Positions 1 through 12,499 of a stretch of DNA of 64,000 nt are shown piece after piece. The position numbers and the translations under genes were made by a program. This stretch comes from Octopus sinensis (taxonomy: Eukaryota): NCBI RefSeq assembly GCF_006345805.1, contig NC_043003.1, forward strand, positions 56,420,001 to 56,484,000. The letters are read 5' to 3'. The first letter of the stretch is position 1. Each line of letters opens with the position of its first letter. The notes under the pieces are model-generated. The model ran no database searches. It saw nothing but the letters and a program-made list of their open reading frames with translations, and was not told where the DNA came from.

Positions 1-120
1 GTAGCCCATTTTTTATTACGCGACGAAATATGTACGTTATATAAAACGGAACATGTACATACTAACAGTTGTAATCAATTAACATCAGCTATTGTTATGT
101 TAGTATTGCGTCAGGGCATT
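1..120 (-). mobile_element. Terminal fragment of the ~550-bp (TAA)n-associated non-coding element (family N)
   Basis: gtagcccat...atgtacat...aatcaattaa...gtattgcgtcagggcatt resembles the distal end of the 58100-58641 copy; cut by the window edge. Confidence 0.55.
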
Positions 121-129
121 ACCATGTCG

Positions 130-255
130 GAATCTGAGTTCAAATTCCGCCGAGATCGACTTTACCTTTCAACATTTCAGGGTCGATAAAAAAAAGTCGT
201 ACTTGAACAATTGTGGTGGTGGTGGTGGTGGGGGGGGTCAATGTAATCGACTTAT
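130..255 (+). mobile_element. tRNA-derived SINE, family 1, fragment
   Basis: ctgagttcaaattccgccgagatcgactttacctttca...ggtcgataaa core shared with many copies in the window. Confidence 0.8.
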
Positions 256-349
256 CCAGTGCCCCCATATTGTTGCACGTGTTGCAAAATTTGAAACCAT
301 TATTAAGGCAATGATCTAGGATAACCGTTGACACGCGTTAAGAAATACT

Positions 350-520
350 TAAACGGCATTTAGTTTGTCTTTACGTTCTGAGTTTAAATGCCGCCGGGGT
401 CGATTTTTGCCTTTCATCCTTAGAGGATCGATGAATTGAGTACCAGTGAAACACTGGGATCGATGAAATACACTAGACTGCTCCCACCAAGTTTCAGGCC
501 TAGTGACTATAGTAAATATG
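350..520 (+). mobile_element. SINE family 1 whose tail runs into (TTC)n
   Basis: gttctgagtttaaatgccgccggggtcga core; tail aagtttcaggcctagtgactatagtaaatatgatt. Confidence 0.8.
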
Positions 521-737
521 ATTCTTCTTCTTCTTCTTCTTCTTCTTCTTCTTCTTCTTCTTCTTCTGCTTCTTATCTTCTTCTTCTTTCTTCTCTTCTT
601 CTTCTTCTTCTTCGTCTCTTCTTCTCTTCTCTTCTTCTCTTCTTCTTCTTTTCTTCGTCTTCTTCTTCTTCTTCTTCTTCTTCTTCTTCTTCTCGTCTTC
701 TTCTCTCTTCTTCTTCTTCTTCTCATTCTTCTTATTA
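521..737. repeat. (TTC)n microsatellite ending in a short (TTA)n
   Basis: Direct reading; source of the spurious poly-S/R/L ORFs. Confidence 0.95.
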
Positions 738-739
738 TT

Positions 740-835
740 CTATGTTTTACTTTTGCTTTATATTTGTACACGTTGGCTCCAAGTCTCACCCAGAGACCTG
801 AAGAGATAACAGGTTGGAAGTTCACGTTGTTGTTA
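740..835 (-). mobile_element. Extreme 3' end of R4/Dong-type family B
   Basis: Nearly identical to 10867-10965, which is attached to a Dong-type ORF C-terminus; TTA repeats on both sides. Confidence 0.8.
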
Positions 836-871
836 TTAACATTATTATTATTATTATTATTATCATTGTCA

Positions 872-3800
872 TTTACTTTTAATCTGCATGTTTGATGCAA
901 TCACCTGCCGGGGCACACCCAGCGCCCTAGGGCAAGTGAAGGTTAAGAGTTGTTGAAATATAGCTGAAAGCTTGGGGAGGGGAAGTAGAGATATATCTCC
1001 ATGTAATGCAAACACAGACATTTACATTGATAGGGTTTTTCTAAGGATGTGGGCAGTACTTGTTAGCACAATCTTTTGGATTTCCTTGAGACATGGTTTT
1101 CCAGGGATATTGTCTAGGTGTTTCTGACATCTCTTTTTTATCATACCTAGGGCACCTACAATAACAGGAACAGTTTTTGTTTTAAGATTCCACATCCTCT
1201 GTATTTCGATTTCCAGGTCCTTATATTTACTAAGTTTGTCAAATTCCTTGACAGATACATTTTTATCAGTGGGGACGCTTACTTCTATTAGTCTGCAGGT
1301 ATTTTCTTCCCTGTCTTAACAATTATGTCTGCTCGATTAGCCTTGATCGTTCTGTCAGTGTTGACTGGAAAATCCCAGAGGATGGTGACATCTTTACCTT
1401 CAACAACTGGCTGAGGATGGTGTTCATACCAGTTAGCAGGAGTGTCGGATTTGTAGTGTTTACATATCTTCCAATGTATATACTGTCCTACCCTATCGTG
1501 GCGATTTTTGTATTCGTTTGGTGTCAGCACAGGACATCCCGAAACGAGATGGTCTATCGTTTCGTCAAATGTGTCGCAGAATCTGCATTTAGGGTCAGTA
1601 CCGTTTCGGAGAACGTTAGCCTGGTAATTTCTGGTAAACAAGCTTTGATCTTGTGCTGCCATTATGAAACCTTCAGTCTCTGCTTTCAATCCAGAGCTCT
1701 TCAGCCACTGATGGGTTGTTGCTTGGTCTACATCAGCATTTTGGCTTCGGAGAATATATTGTCCATGCAGGGGCTTCTGGCTCCACCGCCTCTCAATTTG
1801 ATTCTGCCCGTTCTTTTTTGCAGTCTGCTTGATTCGCTTTGCTTGCTTGGTAGCAGTGGTTTCCGGCTCTTCATCTGATTCAAGGTTAATGTCTAGTTCC
1901 CTTTCGAACTTATAAGCTTCCTTGACAATAGAATGCAGCTTTTTGTTGCTTTCGTGTTCGCACACAAGTCGCAGCATCCAGTCCTTTGTACTAGATAGGT
2001 ACCTGTTCATTCCTACAGTAGAGGTCTTATAGCACAGCTCTAATTGCATCATTCCTCTCCCCCCCTGCTTCTAGGTAGGTACAAGCGGTCTACATCTGCC
2101 TTAGGGTGGTGCATGCTCTTGGATGTCAGTAACTTTCTTGTCTTCCTGTCTAAGCGTTGGAGTTCCGTAAGGTTCCAGTTAATGATATTAAAACTGTACT
2201 GGACTACTGGAAGTGCCAGGGTGTTAATGGCCTCAATGCAATTTTTGGAGTTGAGTTCAGTCTTCGGTACAATCCTTATTCTCCTATAGTATTCCTTCTT
2301 ATTTTTTCCTTCATAGTAGCATGATGTATACCATCTCCTTCGTTGATTCCTAGGTATTTGTAACTTTCATGTGGGTCAAGTTCCTTGATGGTAGTGTCAA
2401 TATCTAATTTAACAGAAGCTTTTGCCTGAGCTTGCCTCTTACAAAAGTTGCTTTAGCACACTTATCAAGGCCAAAACCATTCCGATATCATTGCTAAACT
2501 CTTTAACAGTTGTTAGCAGCCCTTCTAGCTCTTGGTCATTCCTGGCAAACAGCTTTAGGTCGTCCATAATAAAAAGATGGTTTATTAATTTACTAAAAAC
2601 TTTGTACCCATATCTGGTACTATCCAATTCGTTTGAGAGTGGGATCAGTGCCATGCAAAAAAGTAATGGAGAGAGGGATTCACCTTGAAAGATGCCTCGT
2701 TTGATGTTGAAGCTGTTGGACTGGCTCATCCCATTACTATGGCTTAGAAAGAGACGTGTGTTCCACATGGTCATGCTATTCTCTAAGAATTTTGAGACGA
2801 CAGGAGAGATCTTGTATATCTCAAGGGCCTTGAGTATCCATTTATGTGGGACACTGTCATACGCTTTCCTGTAGTCTATCCATGCCATACTCAGGTTTTG
2901 TTTTTGCTCCGGCAATTCTCTACAATCATTCTGTTTATGAGCAATTGGTCTTTGCACCCATAAGAGTTTCTTTTACAACTTTTTGAGCTTGTGGAAGGAT
3001 AGAATTTTGTTCAAGGAAAGCGTACATTCTCTCCGTTATTATGGATGTGAGGATTTTGTAGGTGGTGTTGAGACATGTTATTGGCCGGTAATTCTTTGGG
3101 TTTTTTGTGTCTTCGGTTTTAGGTAATAGGTAGGTGGTTCCTTCAGTCAGCCAAGCAGGTATTTGCTCTGGGTTCTGAATGACATCAGACAGAGATGCAG
3201 CGAGATGTTCGTGTACCTCTGTCAAACAATTCAGCCAGAAGTTAGGGATCCGATCCAGTCCTGGGGTTTTCCATTTATGAGCCTTCCTAAGGACACACCT
3301 TAGCTCCTCTATTCCTATTGCTTCCCATTTCTGTACTTCAAGTTCACCCAGTCTCTCTTTCTCACGTTCTATCCAGTCAGCCTCAGCATTAAACTCTTTT
3401 TCGTTGCTCCATACCTTCTTCCAGAACTCCTCCACTTCCTCAATCTTAGGTGGATCTTCTATGTGTATTTTATTTTTGCCAATTTCCCTATAAAATTTCT
3501 TTGCATCTGTCTTAAAAAATTTATTTTGTCGATAAAATTGTTTCTTTGTCATACCTTCTAAGCCGTTGAGCTTTCAACTGTATCCGTTGTTTCAACAGTT
3601 CCTTAGTTGCAGGGAGGTTATGAGATCTTTGATTTATATTTTTGCTTGATTGTTCTAGCTTTTCTCGGCTTAATATTCACTCCTCTAGCAAGCTCATCGA
3701 GAACTGAAACATCCGCCCGCAGAGATTCAATCTCTTTTGTATCGCTACTTTCCACTTAGGAGGTTCATTGACATGCCTGGCCTTTTTCTTTGTCATCTTA

Positions 3801-4726
3801 ATACCTAGTTGGGTAGTTACTACTTAGCAGTGGAATAAATGAGATTATTTAAGGTTGTCAAATCATTCCCCTTATTTCTTAAGATCTGTCCTAGGGCAAC
3901 GTTATATGTCATGATTGTGTTGTTATTTCTTGTGCCATTTGAAAAACTTGGTAGTGGTTCTCTATTAACCATGTCAGTGAGCTCAATCTTGCCGAGTTCT
4001 CTCATAATGTCCACTTTTGCTTCCATAATCTTTTCTCTATTATTCACCTCAAATTCTATGTCATATCTATTTGGTTTTCTTGAGGAAGGTCTACGTTCTC
4101 CTCTTTTTTCAAATCTCTCGTCTTCGCTATTCTTTGTTTAACTTCCCCATTGGGAAGTTGATTTGCCGCTTGTACACTGGCTTCTGTGCTACTGTTACCT
4201 ATTTCGTCTACATTGTTGCTGTTTTCCTTTGGTCTACCATGAGCTATCAGTCTCCTAATTTTTGTCAATTTCAGCGTCAGTTAGTCTTTTGTTTTTAATT
4301 ATATCTCTGCGTACATTACTTAATTTATTTGCGTCTATATATCTACGTACGTCATTGCCTACTGAATTTCTCCATGAGATGTATGTTTGTACACTGAGGT
4401 TATTATTGGGTTTAGTTGGGCTGTTATAAAAAGCTTTCAACACATCTCTATAGTCCTCTCTGGTCCATTTTATACGTTTTGCTTTAGGTGGTGTTTTTGG
4501 TGGTGTCACTACAAGTCCAGAGTAGAAGTATTCTGGTTCTGGTCACCTGGTAGATCGTCTTTTTGAGAGTTTGTTCAGCAGCAAACTTTTGGACCCCAGT
4601 CTGGTTCCTTACTGGGTAACGCGGTCCTTGTTGTCCCGGGCGATGACCGATCCCGCATGATTTTTGGCTTGTTTTCATTAAATGATTGACGGCGACATCA
4701 GAGGGGTCCATTTTTTCAGAGTCAAC

Positions 4727-4731
<5 letters not shown>
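872..4731 (-). mobile_element. Near full-length R4/Dong-clade non-LTR retrotransposon with restriction-like endonuclease (family A)
   Basis: N-terminal KWTREDY motif, RT, CCHC finger, RLE, QKIVL..TAHILRKTLSM end and 3'UTR; (TAA)n on the element strand at both ends. Confidence 0.93.
1022..4711 (-). pseudogene. Frameshifted RT-RLE polyprotein ORF of family A
   Basis: YRPITCLNTTYK, WIDYRKAYDSVPH, GIFQGESLSPLLF, HLFIMDDLKLFA, CRFCDTFDETIDHLVSGC, RHDRVG, WDFPVNTDRTIKANRADII in successive frames. Confidence 0.92.
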
Positions 4732-4775
<44 letters not shown>

Positions 4776-4792
4776 TATTATTATTATTATTA

Positions 4793-4980
4793 TTTACTTT
4801 TAATTTGCATGTTAGTAACAATCACCTGACGAGACACACCCAGGGTCTTAGGGCGAGTGAAGGATAAGGGATGTTACAGTATGACTGTAAATTTGGGGAG
4901 ATGAAATGGCAGGGGCGGTGGCGAAATATCTTCATGTAATACAACATTTAAATTGGTAGGATTTTTCAAAGGATGTGGTA
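4793..4980 (-). mobile_element. 5'-truncated 3' end of an A-like Dong element
   Basis: Homologous to 872-1060 (tttacttttaatYtgcatg...cacacccag...gtgaagg...ggatgtgg); TTA repeats both sides. Confidence 0.85.
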
Positions 4981-5418
4981 GTATTATTATTATTATTATT
5001 ATTGTTATTGTTGTTACTGGTATTGTTGCTGTTTCTATTGTTGTTACTGGTGTTGTTGCTGTTGCTATTGTTCTTCTTGTTGTTGCCATAATTATCACTA
5101 TTATTTGCAAAGCAAGACTCGAGTGATCATTGGTTACGATTTTCACCACGTCGACCAAGCACGTGGCGTTCCGTTTTCGGCTCAGCGAAGCGAGTTTCAT
5201 ACGTACTATTACGTAAGTGGATGTTGTGGTAATTATGTGATATTAGTGTTGTAACCGATGCTAAAATTTTCGAGTAACATCTAGATAATGATAATGTGAG
5301 TCGGCTAATGTTGAACCGCAGATAATGTACAGGGTAGTTATAATATATACGCAGATATTTACACACTTTGTTAGCGGATACGTGTGTATATGGGTATATA
5401 TGTACATTTATGTTTAGG

Positions 5419-5460
<42 letters not shown>

Positions 5461-6296
5461 TATATATATATTATATATATATATATATATGTATATATGC
5501 ATACATATTATGTGTTTTTACGTATATATTTAAGTATATATATATGTGTGTGTGTGTATGTGTATTTATATATATATAGGTGGGTATGTGTGCATGTATA
5601 GATGAATGCATGCATGTGCATCTATATGTGTGTATCTATACATATGTTCGTATGTGTGTATGTATGTATACATGTATGTATACTTGCATATATGTATGTA
5701 TGCATGCATGTATGTATGTATATAAGTATAGGTGTGTTCTCTTTTGTGTGATTTTCATTGTGGTCGTATGCATCATTGTGTATTTCATGAATGTAATAGC
5801 ATGCATCAGCATGCGCCTATGTGTGTGTGCGCGTGTTTCAAACAGAGGGATAAGAAAGACGGAAAGAAAGAAAGAAAGAACGAAAGGGAACAGGAGAGAG
5901 AAGGAGAGAAATTACAAATGCAATGTGGGAATTAAATGAAGCCTATCTTAGCATCGTCCGTCTCATTAATGGAGTTTAATGATCGTCAATGTCCGGTTGG
6001 TTATATGTTTGAGACGGAAAGGTAGGAATTAAAGAGATTCAGAGACAAAGAGAGAAAGAGATCGAGAGCAAGAGAAATAGTGAGAGGAAAAGGAAGTGTG
6101 TGAGGAGGGTGTGTGGCTATCTATGCATTTAAGCATGTATGCATGTATATATACATACATTCACTATATCTATCTGTCTATCTGTTCATCTGTGTGTCTA
6201 TCTCTCTCTGACTCTCGAAATCTGTCTGTCTCTCCCTATATCTATCTATCTATCTATCTATCTATCAATTCATCTGTATGTCTATCTATCTATTTA

Positions 6297-6362
<66 letters not shown>

Positions 6363-6485
6363 ATATGTATATATATATGCAAATATATTTATACTATATA
6401 TATATAAAGAGAGAGAGGGAGAGAGAGAGAGTGATAGATACACAGATAGATAGCTAGTTAAATTGATAGATAGATAGATAGATAT

Positions 6486-6556
<71 letters not shown>

Positions 6557-6989
6557 CGTATGTTTATAGAATGCTAGAGATATGGTGTACGTATGCAGTG
6601 AACATTTCAGAATATAAAGGAGACTGGATAAAGACGAAGAACCGAAAATGGACAAATCAACAAACAAAAATAGTAAATAAATAAATACATATCACATATC
6701 ACATATCACATATGTGAAACAATGAATAAAGTAGAGGAAAAAAAGACAGACACAATGTCCATTGGAAGGAAAGTGTTACGGAAAATAAAATAACAGAATA
6801 TATTGTTGATCAACGAAGTAGAAAAAGAGAAGAAATAAAGACGGGGCTTAATAGAGAAGGAAGAAAGAAACAATGAGATTGAGAAAAGGAGAAAGAAATT
6901 AAAGGAGTGAGCAGAGTTGAAGTATATGTGCGTACTGTTTGAAGGTTAAAAGACATTGATGCATGGCCACATCTATAGATTCCAAATTT

Positions 6990-7640
6990 TAGCAAAGAAT
7001 CAACAATTTTGTGGTGGAAAGGGGAGGTAAGTCATTTACATCGAACCCAGTGTTCATCTGGTATTTCTTCTATCGACCATGAAGGGATGAATGGCAAAGC
7101 CGATCTCGGTGAAATTTGAACTCAAAACATAATGGCGGACGAAAATCCTCTCAGTGTTTTTCCCGGCGTGATAAGGATTCTCCCGGCTGAGTGCCGTATC
7201 TATGCATATACTGGTTTCAAATTTTGACACAAGGCCAGCAATTTCAAGTGGGGTGGGGGGTCAGTCACACAGACACTAGTGCACAGCTTGTACTTATTTT
7301 ATCGACCCCAAAGAATGAAAGGCAAAGTTGACCTCGGCAGAAATCAGAACATAAAGACAGGCGAAATGCCGCTAACCTTTTTGCCCATCATACTAACGAT
7401 TCAGCCATATTTTTGTTTTACATATGCATATATTGGCTTCAAATTTTGGCACAAGGCCAGCAAATTTGGGGGAGGAGGTAAGTAGATTGCACCGACCGCA
7501 GTGCTTATCTGGTACTTTTCTTATTGAACTCCGAAAGGAAGAAGTGCAATGTCGATCTTGCTAGAATTTGACCTCAGAACTTCAAAACGTTCGAAATACC
7601 GCTTTGACATTTTGCCTGATGTACTAACAATTATGCCATC
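6990..7640 (-). mobile_element. Three diverged head-to-tail SINE family 1 copies
   Basis: Core seen three times (~7010-7195, 7210-7410, 7430-7640); caaattttg.cacaaggccagca tail at the latter two. Confidence 0.75.
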
Positions 7641-7658
7641 TTGTCTTTTATATACATA

Positions 7659-8031
7659 CTAGCAGTATCGCCCGGCGTTGCTCGGGTTTGTAAGGGAAAT
7701 AACTATAAAGCATTTTTAGATAGTTATAGCCAAAAAATTGGGAAAAAATGATGGTAAATTTTTTTTTTTAGTTAAAAAGGTCGATGTGCGTCCCCTAGAC
7801 AGTCTGTGGTTTGTGTTTCTGATTCTCGACCCCATGTCGAATTTATCGATTTTTTTCAGAACTGGGGGAACTTTTCAAAATTTTCGCTGCGTTAGTTTTG
7901 AATTATGACATTGGGCTATGTGTGTGTCAAGTTTCATCAGAATCGGTTGAAAGCCGTGGTCAGGGTGAGGGTACAAGCAAACAGACACACAGAAACACAC
8001 ACAGACAAACTGCCGTTTATATATAGAGAGA
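7659..8031 (-). mobile_element. Non-autonomous Helitron-like element
   Basis: Minus strand 5' TC...3' CTAG between A and T; subterminal hairpin cccgagcaacgccggg; closely matches 31433-31813. Confidence 0.85.
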
Positions 8032-8197
8032 TATAGAGGCGAAGAGCAGAAAATAAAAGAAAGATCGGAATACAGCGGGCAGAAAGAATGAAGTGTGTAT
8101 TATGGAAAGAGGGGAAGATAAAAACGTACAAAGAGAGATTGTTTAAAAGATACTAATTCTAAAAAGAGAAAGATCGGAAGAAACATGAGAGAGAGAC

Positions 8198-8250
<53 letters not shown>

Positions 8251-9174
8251 AAGACAGAAAGACAAAGACACAAATAGGGAAACTAAGGGAAGGAGGGATA
8301 ATATTGGAGATAATTGTAGAAATATATATATCCTTGTTTATCACGGGTATTTGGTTAAAAAAGAAAAAGAAACATCGTGTTGAATAAATCAGTGGAAAAA
8401 ATGACAAAGGAAAAATAGGTTTCGTTCCGAGATCCCAATTTGTTTTTCTGCACTGTTGACGGCATCTGGGTCGATCTTTTGTGGTTCGATCACCATCTTT
8501 GAATGATCGCCGCCCCCTGTTATCACAAATCAATCCGCGTTAAACGTAACACGGTTTACAATGAAGATACCGCGTTGTCGTTGATCAGTAATGAATGAAT
8601 CAAACGTAAACAATTAGAATAGAAAATATGTTCCTGAAATAGAAAAACAGAAGACAAACAAGTATAATAAAGTTATGCTGTAGAAAGAATGCAGAAGAGA
8701 AAGAATATAGTAGAGTGGAAATTAAGTATTAGAAGAGACATTTATAGGCGTAAGTACTTAGGTAGCACTTTACTTTATCGAACTTAAAGGGATAAAACGG
8801 AAAACTGACTTCGACAGGATTTGAAATCAGAATGTAAAGACCCAGAACAAATGCCGAAAAAAAAAGACTTGGCTTCTACACGACGCTGACTCGTTTCTAC
8901 CAATCCAGACTTAACAGGATAGAAGGTTTTTAAAAATGGAATATAGTAAGTTGCATTAGGGGAGTTAAAAAAAAGAAACTACATGTACAATAAAGAGTGA
9001 GGGAGAGAGAGGGAGAGAGGAAGAGAGAGAGATACACTTAAAGAATAAAGAGAGAAGGTGTATACGACATATTAAAGAAAGTGACTGTTGTGGAATTGTA
9101 AGGTGGAAAGCGTCTTAGAAAAATAGGTTAAGGCTGAAAAATGTAAAGGCGGATAATATATTATTGTTAAAAAG

Positions 9175-9252
<78 letters not shown>

Positions 9253-9999
9253 GGGAGAACATGTGGGGGTAAAGAGGAGAATTGTAGAAAATACAATGAC
9301 AAAGAGAAAAGGCATAGGAAGATGAATAACAGAAAAAAATGTATCTGAGAGAGTGAGAAAACGGAATACAACAAAGTGACATGAGAGGTATGCAGAGAGA
9401 GAAGGAGAGAAAAGGTGATAGAAAGAATGGAGTAGGAAATCTACAAAACAGATTAGAGTGGGAAGGGGAGTTGAATGAGATACTAAAGTGAAAGTAAAAT
9501 AGCGAGAGAAGGAAACATTAAGTAACTATGCTTATAATGTTAAGGTGCATGTTATTTTAAAAGGCGGCTAAATACACACTCTTATTCGTTGCCATGGTAA
9601 ATATTTGCAGTAGCATTTGTTTTTCGATTGCCAAAGTAATCCCACTTAAGATAATGATACAGGAAGTTAGTTAGACATCTCTTTACCACCTACCTTCCAC
9701 TGACTACCAACTGGCATTCCAGGTTAAAGATTTGAAATGCTCACCTTAATTATACAATTCAGCTGATGTAGTTTTGTCGAATGCTGTAGAGAACTGATTG
9801 TAGGGATATTATAATATGGAGAAACTGAACGGAACTGTATACGGAATACAAATATGCATGTAATTACCAACATGCTGAACAAACAATGAGGTAACCTCTT
9901 CGAGAATGCTTGATCTGTTAGAAGAAATAGCCTAAAACCTCTGAAATCAAACCTTGTCAGTTTTTTGTTTCCTTTTTTTTTAAGCTCATCTATCTGATA

Positions 10000-10205
10000 T
10001 CTTTTATCATTTACTACTTTCAGTTATAGCTCATGCTGGAGCACCATCTTGAAAGGTATAGTCAAACGAATCAACCCATTACTTTCTTAATGGTTTGTTC
10101 TTTGTTCTTATCCTAGCGATTTCTTCTTGCAGAACCACGAACTGATGGGTAACCTAAAGAAAATGAGATCGGTTGCCAAGTGGTAGGGTAGGACAGGCGA
10201 AAACT
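10000..10205 (-). mobile_element. SINE family 2, degraded 3' part
   Basis: catgctggagcacc...gaacc...atcggttgccaag similar to 27052-27220. Confidence 0.55.
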
Positions 10206-10699
10206 CTAAAATGCTCACACATTATGGTTCCTAATAAGCGTTACTAATATAGTCATGAAGCCACAAAGTTGTAGGGAAGGACGCTAATCAGTTGAATTAA
10301 ACTGTGTTCAACTGGTGACATTCTGGAAGGATATTACGTAAAGTTGATTTCGGCGATATGCAATTTCAACAGATCTCTCCACTCTAAAGGGATTGTACCA
10401 AACTGCTGTATTTTATCTTGGTTAATAATGATTTAAAATATCAGACTGAAATCAATACATTTTTGTGAGGGAACCGATTCTTTGAAGGATAGTAAAGGAA
10501 ACATATCATGACAGTATTTGAATTTTGAATAGGATGTAATGAAATATTGGTGGACACTATATATTGTCCACAATTTCAGCAACGACACAAAGAGCATAGG
10601 GTCAGACAAATATACCCAAACGGGTTTTAAAAGTTGTTAAATAACTAAAATCTGGAATGTGGAATTAAAGACTTCGGATATTCTTCATTGGTGTTCTTT

Positions 10700-10823
10700 T
10701 CAGTGTCTGTCTACCAATTCTACTCACAAGGCTTTGGCCGGCCCGAGGCTATAGTAGTAGACACTGAACCCTGTACCATGTAGTTGGTAAGCAAGCTACA
10801 TACCACACAGCCGCTCCTGCGCC

Positions 10824-10825
<2 letters not shown>
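10700..10825 (-). mobile_element. SINE family 2, 5' part
   Basis: actcacaaggctttggccggcccgaggctatagtag...ccacacagccgctcctgcgcc; internal deletion relative to 27300-27441. Confidence 0.8.
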
Positions 10826-10866
<41 letters not shown>

Positions 10867-10867
<1 letters not shown>

Positions 10868-11192
10868 TATGTTTGACTTTTGCTTTATATTTGTACAAGT
10901 TGGCTCCAAGTCTCACCCAGAGACCTCAAGAGACAACAGGGTTGGAAGTTCATGTTGTTGTTATGCCTAGTGTGCCATATATTTGGGGGGTGGGGATGTT
11001 GTACTAATGAATGTCTAAAAAAAAAAAAAGTTTTTTTTTTTTTTTTTTAACCGAAAATTATGTTTGTTTTAAACCTTGAGATTACATAGAGAGTATTTTG
11101 CGTAGGATATGAGCAGTTCCCATGAGCACTATCTTTTGAACTTCTGCCATTTTTGGGTTTCCTGGTATCTGAGTTAGGTAGCTATCAGCCCT
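10867..11192 (-). mobile_element. 5'-truncated Dong family B fragment
   Basis: ORF tail YLTQIPGNPKMAEVQKIVLMGTAHILRKILSM* plus 3'UTR; long TTA runs both sides. Confidence 0.9.
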
Positions 11193-11197
11193 ATTAA

Positions 11198-11273
<76 letters not shown>

Positions 11274-11297
11274 ATTAATATTATGATTATTATTATT

Positions 11298-11515
11298 AAG
11301 GCTGCGAGCTGGTAGAATCGTTAGCACGTCGGGCAAAATGCTTAGACGGCATTTCGTCCGTCTATACGACCTGAGTTCATATTCTACCACGGTCGACTTT
11401 GCCTTTGATTCTTTCGAGAGCTATAAAGTAAGTAGTAGTGAAACATTGGGGTCGATGTAATCGTCTAGTTTCATCCCCGCAAATTTCAGGCCATGTGTCT
11501 TTTCCAGAAACACAT
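11298..11515 (+). mobile_element. SINE family 1, full length, preceded by (TTA)n and followed by (TTC)n(TTA)n
   Basis: aaggctgcgagctggtagaatcgttagc head, core, caaatttcaggcc tail. Confidence 0.85.
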
Positions 11516-11639
11516 CATCATTCTTCTTCTTCTTCTTCTTCTTCTTCTTCTTCTTCTTCTTCTTCTTCTTCTTCTTCTTCTTCTTCTTCTTCTTCTTCTT
11601 CTTCTTCTTCTTCTCTTCTTCTTCTTCTTCTTCTTCCTC

Positions 11640-11678
<39 letters not shown>

Positions 11679-11759
11679 TATTATTATTTATTATTATTAT
11701 ATTATTATTATTATTATCATTATTATTATTATTATTATTACTATTGTTATTAATATTAC

Positions 11760-12470
11760 AACTATTTCTTATTATCAAATGTTTCGTTGGATCTCCTGGA
11801 GTCTTACATACGTAGCGGGCTTGCTACCTGCACATGCTATTCATTCTTTTCAGTTATCTGGTACCTTTCTAAATTATTCTGGCCGTGACAGGGAGGCAAA
11901 TATTTTGTAATAGTTCTACTAGGCACTCTATTCCGATTTCTATTATATACTCCTTGATGCCTTCTCATACTGTTCCCAAAGAGCCAACAATAATTAGCAC
12001 TATCTTCACATTCTTCACTTTCCAAAACCGGGCTATGTGGTAGGTAAGAAGGTTGTATTCATTTATCGATCTTTCCTTATTGACTATTTCTGCGTCAAAG
12101 TGGCATGCAGCATCAACCACATAGCATATGTGGTGCATGCTGTCCACCACTAGGTCTGGTCTGCTATGTTCTAGCATCTTATGTGTTTAGATTGGGAAAT
12201 CCCACAGGATTTTGCTAGTCTTCGACTTCACCGCTCTCTGCAGTTTGTGCTCGTATCATGTCTAGCTTCTCTCTAGCCCACAGTTTCTAATGTAGGACTT
12301 TCGCTACATGATAGTGTCGCCACAACTTGTATTCGTTTTGGGCAAGCCTAGGACATTCGTTCGTGATATAGGCAATAGTTGCATCCACTCTATTTCAGTT
12401 GCAGCACAGCGTAGACACTTGCTCATTCATAAGGTTGACAATTCAGTTCGTGGCAAAAGCTTGGTCTTGC
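11760..12470 (-). mobile_element. 5'-truncated Dong family C fragment (zinc finger + RLE)
   Basis: TIAYITNECPRLAQNEYKLWRH, WDFPI, LEHSRPDLVV, DAACHFD, IVGSLGTV. Confidence 0.85.
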
Positions 12471-12499
12471 GCTTGTTTTTGTTGTCATTATCATCAGCT

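Noticed and set aside
8159-8533. 124-aa minus ORF as a host exon
   Set aside because: The C-terminal half is (GA)/(GACA) repeat; the N-terminal half has no recognisable motif or clear donor site.
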